A DNA stretch of 53,077 nt, filler included, from Basidiobolus ranarum (GCA_040143965.1; 3 parts of 3 records of this genome joined end to end with filler, not necessarily neighbours in it); one strand, 5' to 3'; shown: positions 12,909 through 24,309, counted from the first letter of the whole stretch. Numbers and translations: made by a program. The notes: a model not told the origin generated them from the letters alone.

Positions 12909-15199
12909 ACGAGCACCCGTTACGTACTAGAAGTTCAAGATCCACGATTCTTGCTTTGATTCCCCAAACCAGATTTACACCTCTTTCCCCCTACTTGACT
13001 TTAATACATGTAATTTCTTAATGCATTTATCAACTTTCTACACCCTTTCCCACCTCATTCACCTATGGGTGAAAAGGACCTCAGTACAGTATTTTGTTTT
13101 GTTGGGTTTCTTTTAATAATTTTGTATAAAATCTGTAGTTTTCCAGTCTTCCATAAACTTCAAGAGTATAGCCATTTGCCATTTGCATCATTGTTCAAGA
13201 TGGATTTCATAAATTTAGCATCCATGTTTATTCACCCCAATCTATCGATTGATCTACAATTTAAATATGTGAATTAGATTGGAATATATGACACCATTAA
13301 TTCCATCAGTCATGAGACTCGCACAAAACGCCTCATAAGAAATCCATGAACCGCTCGCCAATATGGTAAGTACCGTAGAATCAGCCAAATCAATCCGGCT
13401 GCCAAGCAGTGTGTACAAATGATCGAATTTCCGAAAAGGTCGAATGAAATTAAGTGAACAATGATCGCGCATTTGGTTTCCCATCATTGAACGATTGAAA
13501 GTGCTGACCAAAAGAAATACGCAGGTTGATTTCAAGGAAAGATAGAAAAGTGAGTAAACTGATATATTGGTGTGTGGTCTGTGATGTGATGTGTGGTATG
13601 GTGTGGTGTGTACATGTCATTTTTACCACTTGTACCACCATCAAATCATGATGACAGCGAAAAAGAATGCGAAAGGAGAATAGAATAGCCATTAATTGAG
13701 TTGCATAAAAATAGAAATAGTCCAACCATTTCTTTTTTTAATGATTTCCGAGATTCTTTATCATAATCAGGAAAATTGAACTTAAAGCTTATCCCTCACC
13801 CGTCCTTCTAATCAAATCTTATCAAAACGGAAACTAAATTTCTAAGAGAAAGAGAAGATCTACCGGATACTTTGGATAAGCAGTAGTCCAATAGAAACCT
13901 GGATATACCTACATTATCTTCAACAATAAGAGGAATGATTCCTATCTGTTGCTACACGTTGGTAATCATAACTTACCCTAATGGCTCGGTGTAGCCCATG
14001 CTGTATGTTGGACAAAGCCCAAGCTGATTGCCAGGACACTTCCTATCTATTTCTACTGTCCTCTCTGAACTAAAGTGGGAAAAGATCACTGGTTACAATC
14101 ACGAAATAGAAACATTGGATTTCTCCAAATTAGTTAGATAAAAGAAAGATTGGGATCGAATCGATGGTGCTTGCTCATGTGAGTTCCGCTATTTCGTATC
14201 GCAAATACCATCGCACACAGTTACCCAAGGGGGAAGTTCTCTCCTTATGTAATAATCTACCCCTGTCAATAACCAAAACGAAACAGTCGATTTAACACAG
14301 CTTTGAAGATTTGAATCGAATTCCTTCAATATATTTCAGTATATTTAGCTACCTTCTGATCTCATGATCTCACAATTTCCCATTTAACCAATGGATGATG
14401 TATTTTCTGGTGAAAGATAAATTTATCTACGTACAGCACAAATGCACCTATCGTTTAATTGCCTCGGTTCTCTTGACGCTTTTCCATCGTTTTGGCAATG
14501 AAATTGTGATCATTTAATGTTAGAATGGGATGTTTTTATAGGAGAGTAGCAATATTCCCAAAATTCTTTGGTACCATGCACGATTTCTAATCGTCGTAGG
14601 CTTAACGGACAATCATGGAAAGCGAGGCTCCGACCGTAACATCAATTGAGATAGGTTAGCTTTTTACTTCATGGCTACACCACTGATATCATGATGATAC
14701 TCATTAAGTCTAGCTCATAATATTGGGATTTCACCGATATCTTTTATGGATAATTGAATATGAACTAATCTGAACCAATCGAATTATATATCTCGATCAT
14801 TTCCTTGCAAATGCTGTGGATTATTCTGCTCATCACCGGAATAGGCTACTTAAGGGGAAGGCTTTACTAAAATTCGCCATCACATATATCTAGGCATGTA
14901 TATATATATCGGTGACTTGATCAAATGGCGAAGACTAATAGAAACATATGTATATATATTTATGGATATGTTATTGAAAGTGGAGCGGACAGAACGATAT
15001 GGAATCCTGAATTCCATTGATCTTCAGTGTTGAAGTCCATCTTTATCTCGGCATTTCACCATTTTAGTAAGTATCTGAATAGAATACCTTGTTATCCTTA
15101 TCCTAAGCGATTATTTGGGAAATCATGGTTAAAATTTGTCTCATATATCTTACCTCGTTTACCTTAAAGCTTACTTGTTTGACTAAATTAAGTGATCAA

Positions 15200-16100
15200 C
15201 ATGTGGGGTAGTTGATCCCAATACTCAAATATCCCAAGGTAACACTAAAGAATTCAAAGAGGTTACATTCCAAGATATATCGTCTAAACAGGATGCTGAA
15301 GCTTGCTGATTGATGTATATACTTTGATTGCCCGGATCTAGTATACAGCAGGAATAGGGCTCCGAGTAAAAAGGGAATGGCAGTTGTCTGAGCTGAGATC
15401 ATCAACAGCTTCTCCAAGTAGAATGTTCTTTGTCTCGGTTAGTTGATTCATCCAGTCCAGTCGGTGTTTTCTTCTGAGACCTTGGTGGTATTTGAGTTAA
15501 ATCACGAATTGATTTCAGGAACCTGTTCAGTAAGGAATGTCCACATAAACCAGGTCTCAGATCAGCAATATCACTGCCCTTCCCTTACCCGATATATCAT
15601 TGCCATTGGGCACATTAAGACGTTCCTAAACTACCTGGCTGCTTTTGGTGATTAATTTAGAACCTCTCAAATTGATGGTGGGGCTCACCCATGTTGAATC
15701 ACTGTGTAATCAAGGGGGCCACTAGTCTCTACAAATCGCCGGGTGAGGTGAGTTTCCTACTCGGTAAGAATGACTAGGTAGGTAAGGTATAAGTGGGTTG
15801 GAAATTCTGATCACCTGAAACCCAATAAAATTGCTGTACAATGTGAGACATTGGTGAGGAGGAGGAGACACGATCACTAGTGACAAAGTTGCTCACTTTA
15901 AACGATTCTACCCAGTTTACGAGTCATGACTATGGTTGGGCTACTCAACTCCACCAAGTCTCGGAGAAAAGGATCGGAAAATGTCCTAAATATGTAAATC
16001 TGCAGGCATTGAATGGTTGACTCACAGTACAACATCATAGGTGGAGAGTAATTCATCAAATGAACATTGACTTCGTGAACCTGCACCATTGCACGTAAGT
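15200..16100 (-). mobile_element. Degenerate Ty3/Gypsy RT/RNase H relic
   Basis: SSPTIVMTRKLG (ORF 15898-16089; ~SP..LV.KKDG) upstream of LFRRYILECNLF (ORF 15196-15417; ~FR.YL.G..F), in pol order. Weak. Confidence 0.35.
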
Positions 16101-16899
16101 ATATACCTTGATTGCATTCAAGTTTATCCGTTCAAAGTGGGTTTATGTGAGTAAATACTTACCCCAGATCTTACTGGAGGCAGTTGGATATGATCCTGAA
16201 TTGCTAACATATTCCTTTATCAACTAACCAATTGCACTCTTGGCAAAGAAATCAGAGCTAAGCCACTGTACAAACATCCCACTAATTGTTAATATCGAGC
16301 TGCAACGCAATCACCATCAAGGTGAGTCTACGGGGTGGTAGAGATTCAACTGAAGAACTTGAAAGTAGTACCAATTCCTAAACTACATACACACACCCTT
16401 AGATAGCTTACTGATCATAATAAAATACAAAAGATCCGTAATGTATAGTAGATCCCCTGGATACAAGTTCATACCATTCTCATTAGCGCTCGTCAACATT
16501 TAGTCATAGAATAGAGATCGGAAATAAGGAACCCGAAGGTATCTTGTTCAAGACTCGAGTTACTAGAGTACAGGATGCCAATTACTGAGTCATATCAACA
16601 GAATTTGGGAAAGAAATCCCCATTCTACCGGTATGAGGCCAAACACATGACTCAAACAGATCAATCATTCTACTTGTAGAAAAATTAACCAACACCTTAC
16701 GATGGGATCATATCCATTCCCCGCCTTGGGATTTTCCTCTCTTTCCGATCAACTAAATCATGGCTATCGGATACTTTTGAGTGAGTATTCCTCAGAGGAT
16801 TAGCATTGCCAATGAGATATAGTTACCTATATTTAAATATCTGGCACTCATAGCTCGCAATGATAGCCCCCGGAGAGTTGGATCATGAAGGTAATCTAT

Positions 16900-17645
16900 T
16901 GATGTGTTTGATATTTTTGGTAACTAGAGAATCCATCAAATGATGAAATTTACTTGGACAAACAGCTAATCCACAGTTGGCCTTGTAATGAAGAGTATAA
17001 ATTTGTCTACACTCACAAAGTAGCCAATATCAGTGGGGATCATGTATTATCAGGTTTGAACTTCCTGTAAACAATGAGGTTAAACTCTCCCTCAAGTGAT
17101 CCAGAAAATTCGATTTAACCTTCGTTACCGTGGTCTAATATTACATCATATTAGGACTGAGGATGTACTCTTTATCAGGTAATTTTGTGGCAAAACGGTT
17201 TGGACTTGAAGCCACTTTAAACTGGCAAATCGGGTCATTTTACTTGGTGATATATGAAAACGAGTGTGAGGGAAGTGAGATGATACTGATGATTTGATTG
17301 TAGTTTCTTCTATTTCTAATAGTTGTCATATACATGTGCTAGTGGACTGACACTCCTGATTGCAGGTCAGTCAATATATACAAAATCAATGTTGCTTTCT
17401 CTGCATACCGTCTCATGGCTTGACTCAAGTGTTTGTAGGTATGAAGTAGCTACTGTGCTTTTGATTCTGAGGGCCATTGGGCGATTTGCTTTGCTTACTT
17501 GATTGTATTAACATTTGCACCAGGCTCACTACTTGGAGAAGTCAAACCTGATCAAAATGGGAATTATTTAGCTTTGGGAGAAAAGGATCAGAACTTATAC
17601 AAACTTACATATAATCCAAGAGGTTTATGTGTAAATATAAGTTAT
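16900..17645 (+). mobile_element. Degenerate Ty3/Gypsy RNase H/integrase relic running to the contig end
   Basis: EEYKFVYTHKVANISGDHVLSG (~16991; ~EYDF...H..G..N..AD.LSR) and VKPDQNGNYLALGEKDQNLYKL (~17540; ~KL.P.W.GPY.V....N.YKL, GPY/F region). Confidence 0.4.
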
Positions 17646-17745
17646 NNNNNNNNNNNNNNNNNNNNNNNNNNNNNNNNNNNNNNNNNNNNTTAATTAATTA
17701 ANNNNNNNNNNNNNNNNNNNNNNNNNNNNNNNNNNNNNNNNNNNN
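17646..17745. other. Assembly gap / artificial contig spacer
   Basis: 44 N + TTAATTAATTAA (17690-17701, stops in all six frames) + 44 N; identical structure at 35368-35467. Confidence 0.98.
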
Positions 17746-17883
17746 AAAATAATTCGGGATTAAAAAATAAATTTCATAAAATTTTAAATTAAGATTCGGA
17801 TTTTGTTTCTAATTAAGTTCTAATCTAAATTTAAATCAAGGTTACATCCATAACTTTTGATCCGCAACTATCTGAATCCATAC

Positions 17884-18168
17884 CCCTCCAGCAGCATAGC
17901 TCGCTCCACGATTTTCGTAAAAAGACTTAAAGCTAAGGAATCGGTCATTTTGGATACCTTTGGCAGCAAATCCAGCGGTGATGCTATCTCCCAATGCCAT
18001 GAAAACTTTGATATCATCTGCACGAAGATCACCAACACTAGTCGGAACAGAGGATCTTGGAGTTAAGCGGGGACATTGAGAAATGTCTTTAGCGGCATCC
18101 ACCTCACTTGTACCAAAGAGACCTGCAATCAATACAAATCCACTAATTACCTTAGCTGATACTCTCAT
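17884..18168 (-). CDS. Secreted SGNH/GDSL hydrolase (phospholipase B1-like), first exon only; truncated by the contig end
   Basis: ATG at 18168 gives signal peptide MRVSAKVISGFVLIAGLFG..., then VGDLRADDIKVFMALGDSITAGF (GDS block I) and ENRGASYAAGG. GT donor (GTATGG) at 17883. Confidence 0.85.
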
Positions 18169-18850
18169 TATCAGCCTGTATGTTGGAATACTGTACAGAA
18201 AGTAAAGGAACATTAGCTCATTATATAGTAAAAAGCGTCGGAAATCTTTTACAATTACAAAAAAATGACAATATACGCCCACAATACACTTTCGTGTCCC
18301 CCTTATGAGTTACGTTAACAGGAAAATATGCCCAACAAGTCTACAACCCCACTGATACATCCAAGGGCATCCTTCGCCTCTATTTATTGATGAATGGTAT
18401 TAGTGATACCATTTTCATGTGCTAGATACACGCGAGTAAATAAGTAAGAGAAGTTTTATTAGGTATTTGTAATGCAATGAGTGCTTTGGGTAATAGCACA
18501 CCTCTGGTTTTCAGCGAGTATTAGAGTGTATGGCATGATAAAGAGTCCACTTGGTGAGTTAAATTTAATGGAGTTATTATAGTGACCATCTTGCCTCATA
18601 TAGATCATGCAGTACGAATATCATTCACATCGCTGGGTTGTTTGAAATCTCAACTCCGCAATTCCATCTAAGACAATCGGATGCGGCAAGTGCAAGTGCA
18701 AGTAACAGGAAGTAACAATCCCATATAATAGTTATATAATTATTACAAACAGAACTGGTAGAAAAATCACATGAAAGTGAGGTTTTATTGATTCTTTTTG
18801 TTGATTCTTTTTGTTGATTCGCAATGTACAAACAAATAACTAGAGAGCGA

Positions 18851-18899
18851 TTCTATTTTGCTATTCTATTTTACTATTCTATTTTGCTATTCTATTTTG
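18851..18899. repeat. Short tandem repeat, 13-nt unit CTATTCTATTTT(G/A), nearly 4 copies
   Basis: ttctattttg ctattctatttta ctattctattttg ctattctattttg read directly. Confidence 0.8.
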
Positions 18900-19168
18900 G
18901 GATTAAGCACACTGTACACCTCCCACTTCCTATATTAGTCAATGCAGGTTGTAGAGAGGTGGGCGAGTTATGATATCTGATGTAAGCCTAGGATAGAGAG
19001 ATGATAGAGAGATGGTTTTACTTTATTATTATCTTCTATTGGTTAAATTCTAAGGTATTGTGACTATATAGTATAATGGGGGGTTTCTAAGGTATCGGCA
19101 CTACAGAGTATACTGGAGTGTTTCTAGGGTATTGGAAAAATAAGGTATACTGCATGATGAAATGGAGC

Positions 19169-20257
19169 TCAAGGGCAAGATGATGGACCGCAAACCTGGT
19201 CAGAAGGGTTTGGGTCGCGATAAAAGGGTGCACTTCCTAGACACTGGGCAAGGTTAACAAGGCGCCACCCACGACCTTTAAGATATTCAATGACTCTCTG
19301 AGCTAATGGTATAGTTTTAGGATAGTTTACAGGCCTAAAGTCAGCAGTAGTGTTCCAAACATCATGGTTCAAGGCGATGAATTTCCCAGTTGCAGGATTA
19401 GTTGTTCCGGTTTGACTAACATACTCTTGGAACATCTGGTCAATGGTGTTTGTAGGATTCCAATCCACAGGATCAACGTTCCAGTTATTTACTGTGTAAC
19501 CCATACGCTTAAGAATCTTAAGCGAGGTAGTATCAGTGTCACCATATGGTGGTCTCATACAAGTAGGTACTTTACCCAAGATACTGGCGAAAGCGTGATT
19601 CAGTCGAGACAACTCGTAAGTTACGTTGTATTCATTTACGGTGATAAGATCAACATGGCTCCAGGTATGAGAACAGATCTGGTGGCCAGATTCATAGGCA
19701 CGCTTAACGACATCAGAGAGCTGATAAATACTGAGGATGGGATTCTTGGTGTCAGCATTTTTCCAATTCAATCCATTCATAAAGAAGGTTGCTTTTACTC
19801 TTTCGTAGTCTAAGTAGTCCAGTAATCCCGAAGTAAGCACTCCTGGGCCATCATCAAATGTGACTGCAAAGGTTCCTGGTACGGAACAGCCGGTATTTAC
19901 GTTGGCCATGGTTCCATCGTCACAGGAGCCATATTGGGATTGGCAACTAGTCCCACAATGATCAGACGTATATCCACAATAACCGTATTCACTACAACAT
20001 AACCCGCTGCCACACTTTCCAAACCCACTTCCCCACCTTTGATCAAGGGAATTTAAGGTAGGGGTAGGGGTCGGTGGATTTACTGAACGTGATGGAGATC
20101 TAAATGGAAATCCAGGTAGTATTGGTAGTAATCCTTTCAGCTTTAACAGGGCATCCCTATCAACAGGTAAATCAGCCACAGCATTTGCAGGAATAACAAT
20201 AAGCATATTTACTAGCACAAAGCTAGCGATGGATAATGAAGTGACTCTTGGAATCAT
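19169..20257 (-). CDS. Secreted CBM18 (hevein-like) + CE4 polysaccharide/chitin deacetylase, intronless
   Basis: Signal peptide, PT linker, CCSEYGYCG chitin-binding motif, and NodB motifs TFDDGP, HTWSH, RPPYG, DPVDW, LNHD. Confidence 0.95.
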   Translation of the reverse strand: MIPRVTSLSIASFVLVNMLIVIPANAVADLPVDRDALLKLKGLLPILPGFPFRSPSRSVNPPTPTPTLNSLDQRWGSGFGKCGSGLCCSEYGYCGYTSDHCGTSCQSQYGSCDDGTMANVNTGCSVPGTFAVTFDDGPGVLTSGLLDYLDYERVKATFFMNGLNWKNADTKNPILSIYQLSDVVKRAYESGHQICSHTWSHVDLITVNEYNVTYELSRLNHAFASILGKVPTCMRPPYGDTDTTSLKILKRMGYTVNNWNVDPVDWNPTNTIDQMFQEYVSQTGTTNPATGKFIALNHDVWNTTADFRPVNYPKTIPLAQRVIEYLKGRGWRLVNLAQCLGSAPFYRDPNPSDQVCGPSSCP

Positions 20258-20474
20258 GGTGAATACTCAGTATGCGTTGTGTATAGATATTGTGTATAGA
20301 TATTCAACGATGACTGCTACTATTTATTCAATATTCTAACGAACATCCGAGCTATTGTCTTGAATGACCCGTACAGCGGATGATTTAGAGCATTCCACCT
20401 CCTATTTTATTCCATGACAATCAACTATTATATGCAGTATACTAACTCTGATCAAAGAATCGGTGAAGCACTGT

Positions 20475-21854
20475 TCAAGCATCAGTGGACGTGTGAGTTT
20501 CCCTCCGTAACATGTCCGACATAACGATGATTTCTTTTATCACTTGACTGTCGCATCCATGAGTAGCTGTCAAAATGGAGTGAGCAAGCTTCAAAAGACG
20601 CACGCATTCGCTGATATCCCCGTCCGGACAATTCCATAGACATTTTGCTAATGTGAACGCGTGCAGGCCAGTCAAAGGATGATTACGCGGATACCGTAAC
20701 AAGTACATAGAAAGAATATACCATCCGGTCTCTCCTGCCGTTACCCAGTCTGCTGAACTCAGAGCCTCTCGATGGAAAGGGGTAACGTGCTTAAAGCACG
20801 ACAAGGTAAAGAATGAGTCTTCAAGTGAGGAAATGATGCTACGCTGGATATCTTCATGATTCTCTGGTTTTTGAGTATAAAACGAGGATACAATAGATTT
20901 GCTTTTGTTAGATATTTCTGAACCTGGCTTCAAAAGTGGGAGATCATTTTCATCAATCGCATTATCATGCTCATAGTCCAGTTTGCTTAATATTGGATCC
21001 GAACAGAGTTCACATTCACATTCGAAATAATATTTTTCCTGAAGCTGAGTTCTTCTTCTGGTTCTTGGAACGAAGCTATCTACATAGGCGATACACAACT
21101 CCTCGCCCGCTTTAATCGGACTGATACTACGAACAATTTGAACCCCTTTATCATACATAACGATACAATTCGGTATACAAGAGTGGTTGAATAACGATCC
21201 AATAGGATAGGTACCCTCTCCAACCGGGAAAAGTTGGAGATCGTGCGAAGTAAAGTTATTACATTGAAATCGGCCGAGGTATTCCCCTAAGCTAGTTACA
21301 GTAAGATTAGGGGGTATGGGAAAAGACGTACTTATTAGTGCTTTAAGAGTTTGTGAGCTAATGGTGAGAAATTGGCGTTTTGTTTGTTGATCCCAAGATA
21401 TTGAATGATGCGACAAAGACTCGAATGCCTCCTGATTGATCCTTTCATCAAATACATATTCTTGATCATATTGATACTTTAGTACACTTGGTTTGCTATG
21501 AATCGCAAATACTGCACGTCTTAACATGAGGGAATCATTATCCTTTTGGATTTCCCAAAGTTTACAAGACCATTTATGATATTTCTTCCAAGCTTTCGTT
21601 TGACATGTAGTAGAGCAATAATGCACTTCTGAGCAACCAGAGCATCTTAATAGATCTTCGGATTCTTTGAAGCAAAAATCACAAATCTCACTACGATATT
21701 CTGGTAAAGGGAAAGTAGCCAAAGGAGGTGAAAATATCACAAGGTCTCCAGGTTGGAAATTTCTTTCAGATACCAAACGTCGGATCTTCTTATCGTCTGA
21801 ACATAACTTTAACGAATTCTGAGCTAAGAAAGTGTCTAGAAAAGGAGTTTGCAT
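20475..21854 (-). CDS. SET and MYND domain (SMYD-like) lysine methyltransferase
   Basis: MYND finger CDFC...RCSGC...YCSTTCQ..AW..YHKWSC, SET motifs FNHSCIPN and IKAGEELCIAY, post-SET YYFECECELC, and a helical C-terminal domain (YPRNHPLTG...THG). Confidence 0.93.
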   Translation of the reverse strand: MQTPFLDTFLAQNSLKLCSDDKKIRRLVSERNFQPGDLVIFSPPLATFPLPEYRSEICDFCFKESEDLLRCSGCSEVHYCSTTCQTKAWKKYHKWSCKLWEIQKDNDSLMLRRAVFAIHSKPSVLKYQYDQEYVFDERINQEAFESLSHHSISWDQQTKRQFLTISSQTLKALISTSFPIPPNLTVTSLGEYLGRFQCNNFTSHDLQLFPVGEGTYPIGSLFNHSCIPNCIVMYDKGVQIVRSISPIKAGEELCIAYVDSFVPRTRRRTQLQEKYYFECECELCSDPILSKLDYEHDNAIDENDLPLLKPGSEISNKSKSIVSSFYTQKPENHEDIQRSIISSLEDSFFTLSCFKHVTPFHREALSSADWVTAGETGWYILSMYLLRYPRNHPLTGLHAFTLAKCLWNCPDGDISECVRLLKLAHSILTATHGCDSQVIKEIIVMSDMLRRETHTSTDA

Positions 21855-22346
21855 TGAGAGATATTGTGTTCAAGGAGAAACCAAAACATCATCGACGAAA
21901 ATTCCTCCTGAAAGATCGATTAATTCAGGAAGATTTTGAAGAAATCAAGGCCAAATACCTCTATTAAATTATGGAGATTTTATCACTGATCCTAACAAAC
22001 ACTACAAATGGCGGGTATCCTTAAATACTGCATGGGTAAACAATGCATGCATTGTTTGCCACATAATGTTGAGATTTTCACTTCTAAGATTGCTCAGAAG
22101 AATAATGTAAACATCATCAATAACGTAATTAAGCAGTAAAGTAAATCAAGCAGGGATTATTTTGCTGTGCAGCCAATGTCAGGATAAGGTTGAGATAGAG
22201 AAATCTATAAAGAGGAGATACATCGATGGAGTTGTATGTGTCTTCAACTTGTTTAGATCCCACAGTTGTTCCATTTCTTTGACTTCTTTTCTGTCTATTG
22301 CGTTTGATTCACCGTTATATCACCAACCTTTGAAAGGATACAAACA

Positions 22347-23408
22347 ATGGTGGACTGGAAGAAACTCACTTTACTGCACATGGTCCATATTACCTTAGTA
22401 CAAGCCCAAACTCCAGGCTGGCCTCAGTGGGATCAACCACCACCAATAACTCCCGAATACACTAGTATGATCTCCAATATGAGCATACCTCAAATACCCG
22501 TCAGGCCGCAAGCGCCGGTTGGCTCACCTCCAGCATGTACACAAAATCCATGTGGCCCCGATTGTGGTTGTTGGTGGACCTGCGGGAACTGCGTTCGTCC
22601 GGATGACATCATTGCTTGCCCGCAACCAAAAGTATGGGGCCTTACTTTTGATGATGGCCCATCAACAAATACGACCTTCCTCTTGGACTACTTAAAACAG
22701 CAAAACCTCAAAGCGATGTTCTGCGTAATCGGTAGCCGAGTTGTGGAATACCCAGAAATACTTAAAAGAGCCTATTCCGAAGGTAAATTCTGAATCTCAC
22801 ACAACAGTATTGTTCTTCATCTTACATGGGTTATTCATTTAGGACACGAGCTCTGCTCTCATACATGGAGCCACCGTGGGCTCACTACACAGTCGAATGA
22901 GCAAGTGATTGCAGAGATGAAATGGACCGAGAAGGCAATCTTTGATACGATAGGCGTGATTCCAAAGTATATGCGTCCTCCATTTGGTGACATTGACGAC
23001 AGAGTTAGGGGGATAGTTCGAAGCCTTGGCTACAAGGTGGTTCTATGGGATATGGACACCTCTGATTGGAAACTCAACGACCCAAATAGCAAATACAACC
23101 CAGCGAATGTACAACAGACCTTCCGTGATTTCCTTAACACTCGCGCTCCCACACTCTCACAAGGAGTGATCTCTCTAGAGCATGATTTAAGAATGGAGGG
23201 TGGCCAACAATTCCCAATTGCCATGGAAATGATGAAAACGGCAGGATACGCTAGGATGAGTGTAGGGCAAGGTTTGATTGACCCAAATGTAGATCAGGAC
23301 CAAGGAGTAGGAACGAAAAGTGGAAAATTGAATGGCACTACTACAAAACGTGTCCTGACATGGTTCACCTGTGGATTGCTATTCTTGAGCATTTGGCTCT
23401 CTGGTTAG
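22347..23408 (+). CDS. CE4 chitin deacetylase, probably GPI-anchored; exons 22347-22782 and 22843-23408
   Basis: Signal peptide, Cys-rich CWWTCGNC region, WGLTFDDGP. Splicing the GT-AG intron 22783-22842 restores EGHELCSHTWSH. Then MRPPFGD, DTSDW, LEHD and a hydrophobic C-terminal tail. Confidence 0.93.
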
Positions 23409-23513
23409 AAGAATATACGCCAATGTATATTTATATCCCCCAAAATTTATTAATTCCTTGTATGTCACTATATGCTCTTCCCTTAGACAACTCCATATAA
23501 AATAGCAATCATT

Positions 23514-23614
23514 GATACATTTAGCTACAGGTTTATTCATGTTTATATTGATGCTGGACTGAGATACATTTAGCTGCAAGTTTATTCATGTTTATATTGA
23601 TGCTGGGGCTGAGA
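23514..23614. repeat. Tandem duplication of a ~49-nt unit between two convergent genes
   Basis: GATACATTTAGCT(A/G)CA(G/A)GTTTATTCATGTTTATATTGATGCTGG...CTGAGA starts at 23514 and again at 23563. Confidence 0.9.
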
Positions 23615-23676
23615 ATGTTTGTGATTGCAATGAAACAAGCATGGTAAAGAATAAGCAAGAACTCAGTGATAGACTA

Positions 23677-24309
23677 TCATTGCGATTGACAGACTGTTTT
23701 TAACTTGGGCAGAAATTTCTCTTTTTGTAAGTCCGGGTATTGTGGCGCATACTTATCGCGTTGCTCGATCCACCCTTTAGTACATGGTGTGCACATTTCT
23801 TTAGTCGGTTGTATATTATCCAAGTCATCCAGGTTGGGATGGTTTTTGAGTATCCATTGAGCAGCCTCAACAGCGCAGTATGCTCCATTCGACGAATTTT
23901 TTAGACAGCCCATCTCTCTGGCTGGTGTATAATTGTTTAGGAGAGTAATAGTCCCAGTTACCAGGGAATTAGTGGCATCCTGGCCAACACAGTGAGTAGT
24001 AATGTCTCTCTTAAAACCCTCGATGAACTCTGGTGTGCATACTGGAGCTTGTTGGCAGATAATGTCAGCAATTTGGTTCATCTGTGCGGTGGAACCAGTG
24101 GGATCTCGTTTGATTTGTACTACTAAAGGCATTACCTTGTCAACAGGCAAGCAGTCATTATCCTTGTGCTGATCCTTAATTCCCTGGAATGCCTGTAGAC
24201 ATTGTTGCGAGGGTAGATCTGAAGTATCATCAAAATCTATGATTGATGCAACAGTGGCTTTCAGCGAGAAGAGACATAATGCCAAGGTAAGGATATTGAA
24301 TCTTGTCAT
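23677..24309 (-). CDS. Small secreted cysteine-rich protein of unknown function (210 aa)
   Basis: Signal peptide MTRFNILTLALCLFSLKATVA, 10 Cys in the mature part including GCLKN...YC and CTPC, and TATATAAA upstream (~24390-24397, minus strand). Confidence 0.85.
   Translation of the reverse strand: MTRFNILTLALCLFSLKATVASIIDFDDTSDLPSQQCLQAFQGIKDQHKDNDCLPVDKVMPLVVQIKRDPTGSTAQMNQIADIICQQAPVCTPEFIEGFKRDITTHCVGQDATNSLVTGTITLLNNYTPAREMGCLKNSSNGAYCAVEAAQWILKNHPNLDDLDNIQPTKEMCTPCTKGWIEQRDKYAPQYPDLQKEKFLPKLKTVCQSQ

Noticed and set aside
13568..13612. TG-rich run, and short tandem duplications at ~20279-20304, ~32138-32163 and ~33080-33102
   Set aside because: Low-complexity or slippage repeats with no spacer structure; not CRISPR-like or telomeric.
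10612..14081. GTGGGAA CSL-type sites at 10612, 13047 and 14075 as autoregulation
   Set aside because: Several copies of this 7-mer are expected by chance in 53 kb, and none that I saw is in the upstream promoter.
17690..17701. Palindromic TTAATTAATTAA inside N runs (also 35412-35423) as a biological site
   Set aside because: The exact 44+12+44 structure occurs twice and has stops in all six frames, so it is an assembly spacer.
17746..17840. Very AT-rich stretch as an origin or regulatory element
   Set aside because: It sits at the contig edge where the GDSL gene's intron and next exon should be, and looks like low-quality sequence.
19364..19813. Long antisense or alternate-frame ORFs inside real genes (also 43936-44394 and 28345-28683)
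   Set aside because: Shadow ORFs of genuine coding sequence with no independent signal.
20057..20077. G-rich GGTAGGGGTAGGGGTCGGTGG as a G-quadruplex or telomeric repeat
   Set aside because: It is the reverse complement of codons for the PPTPTPT linker.
21728..21967. 79-aa plus-strand ORF overlapping the SMYD 5' end
   Set aside because: Non-ATG start, antisense to a real gene, and no recognisable motif.
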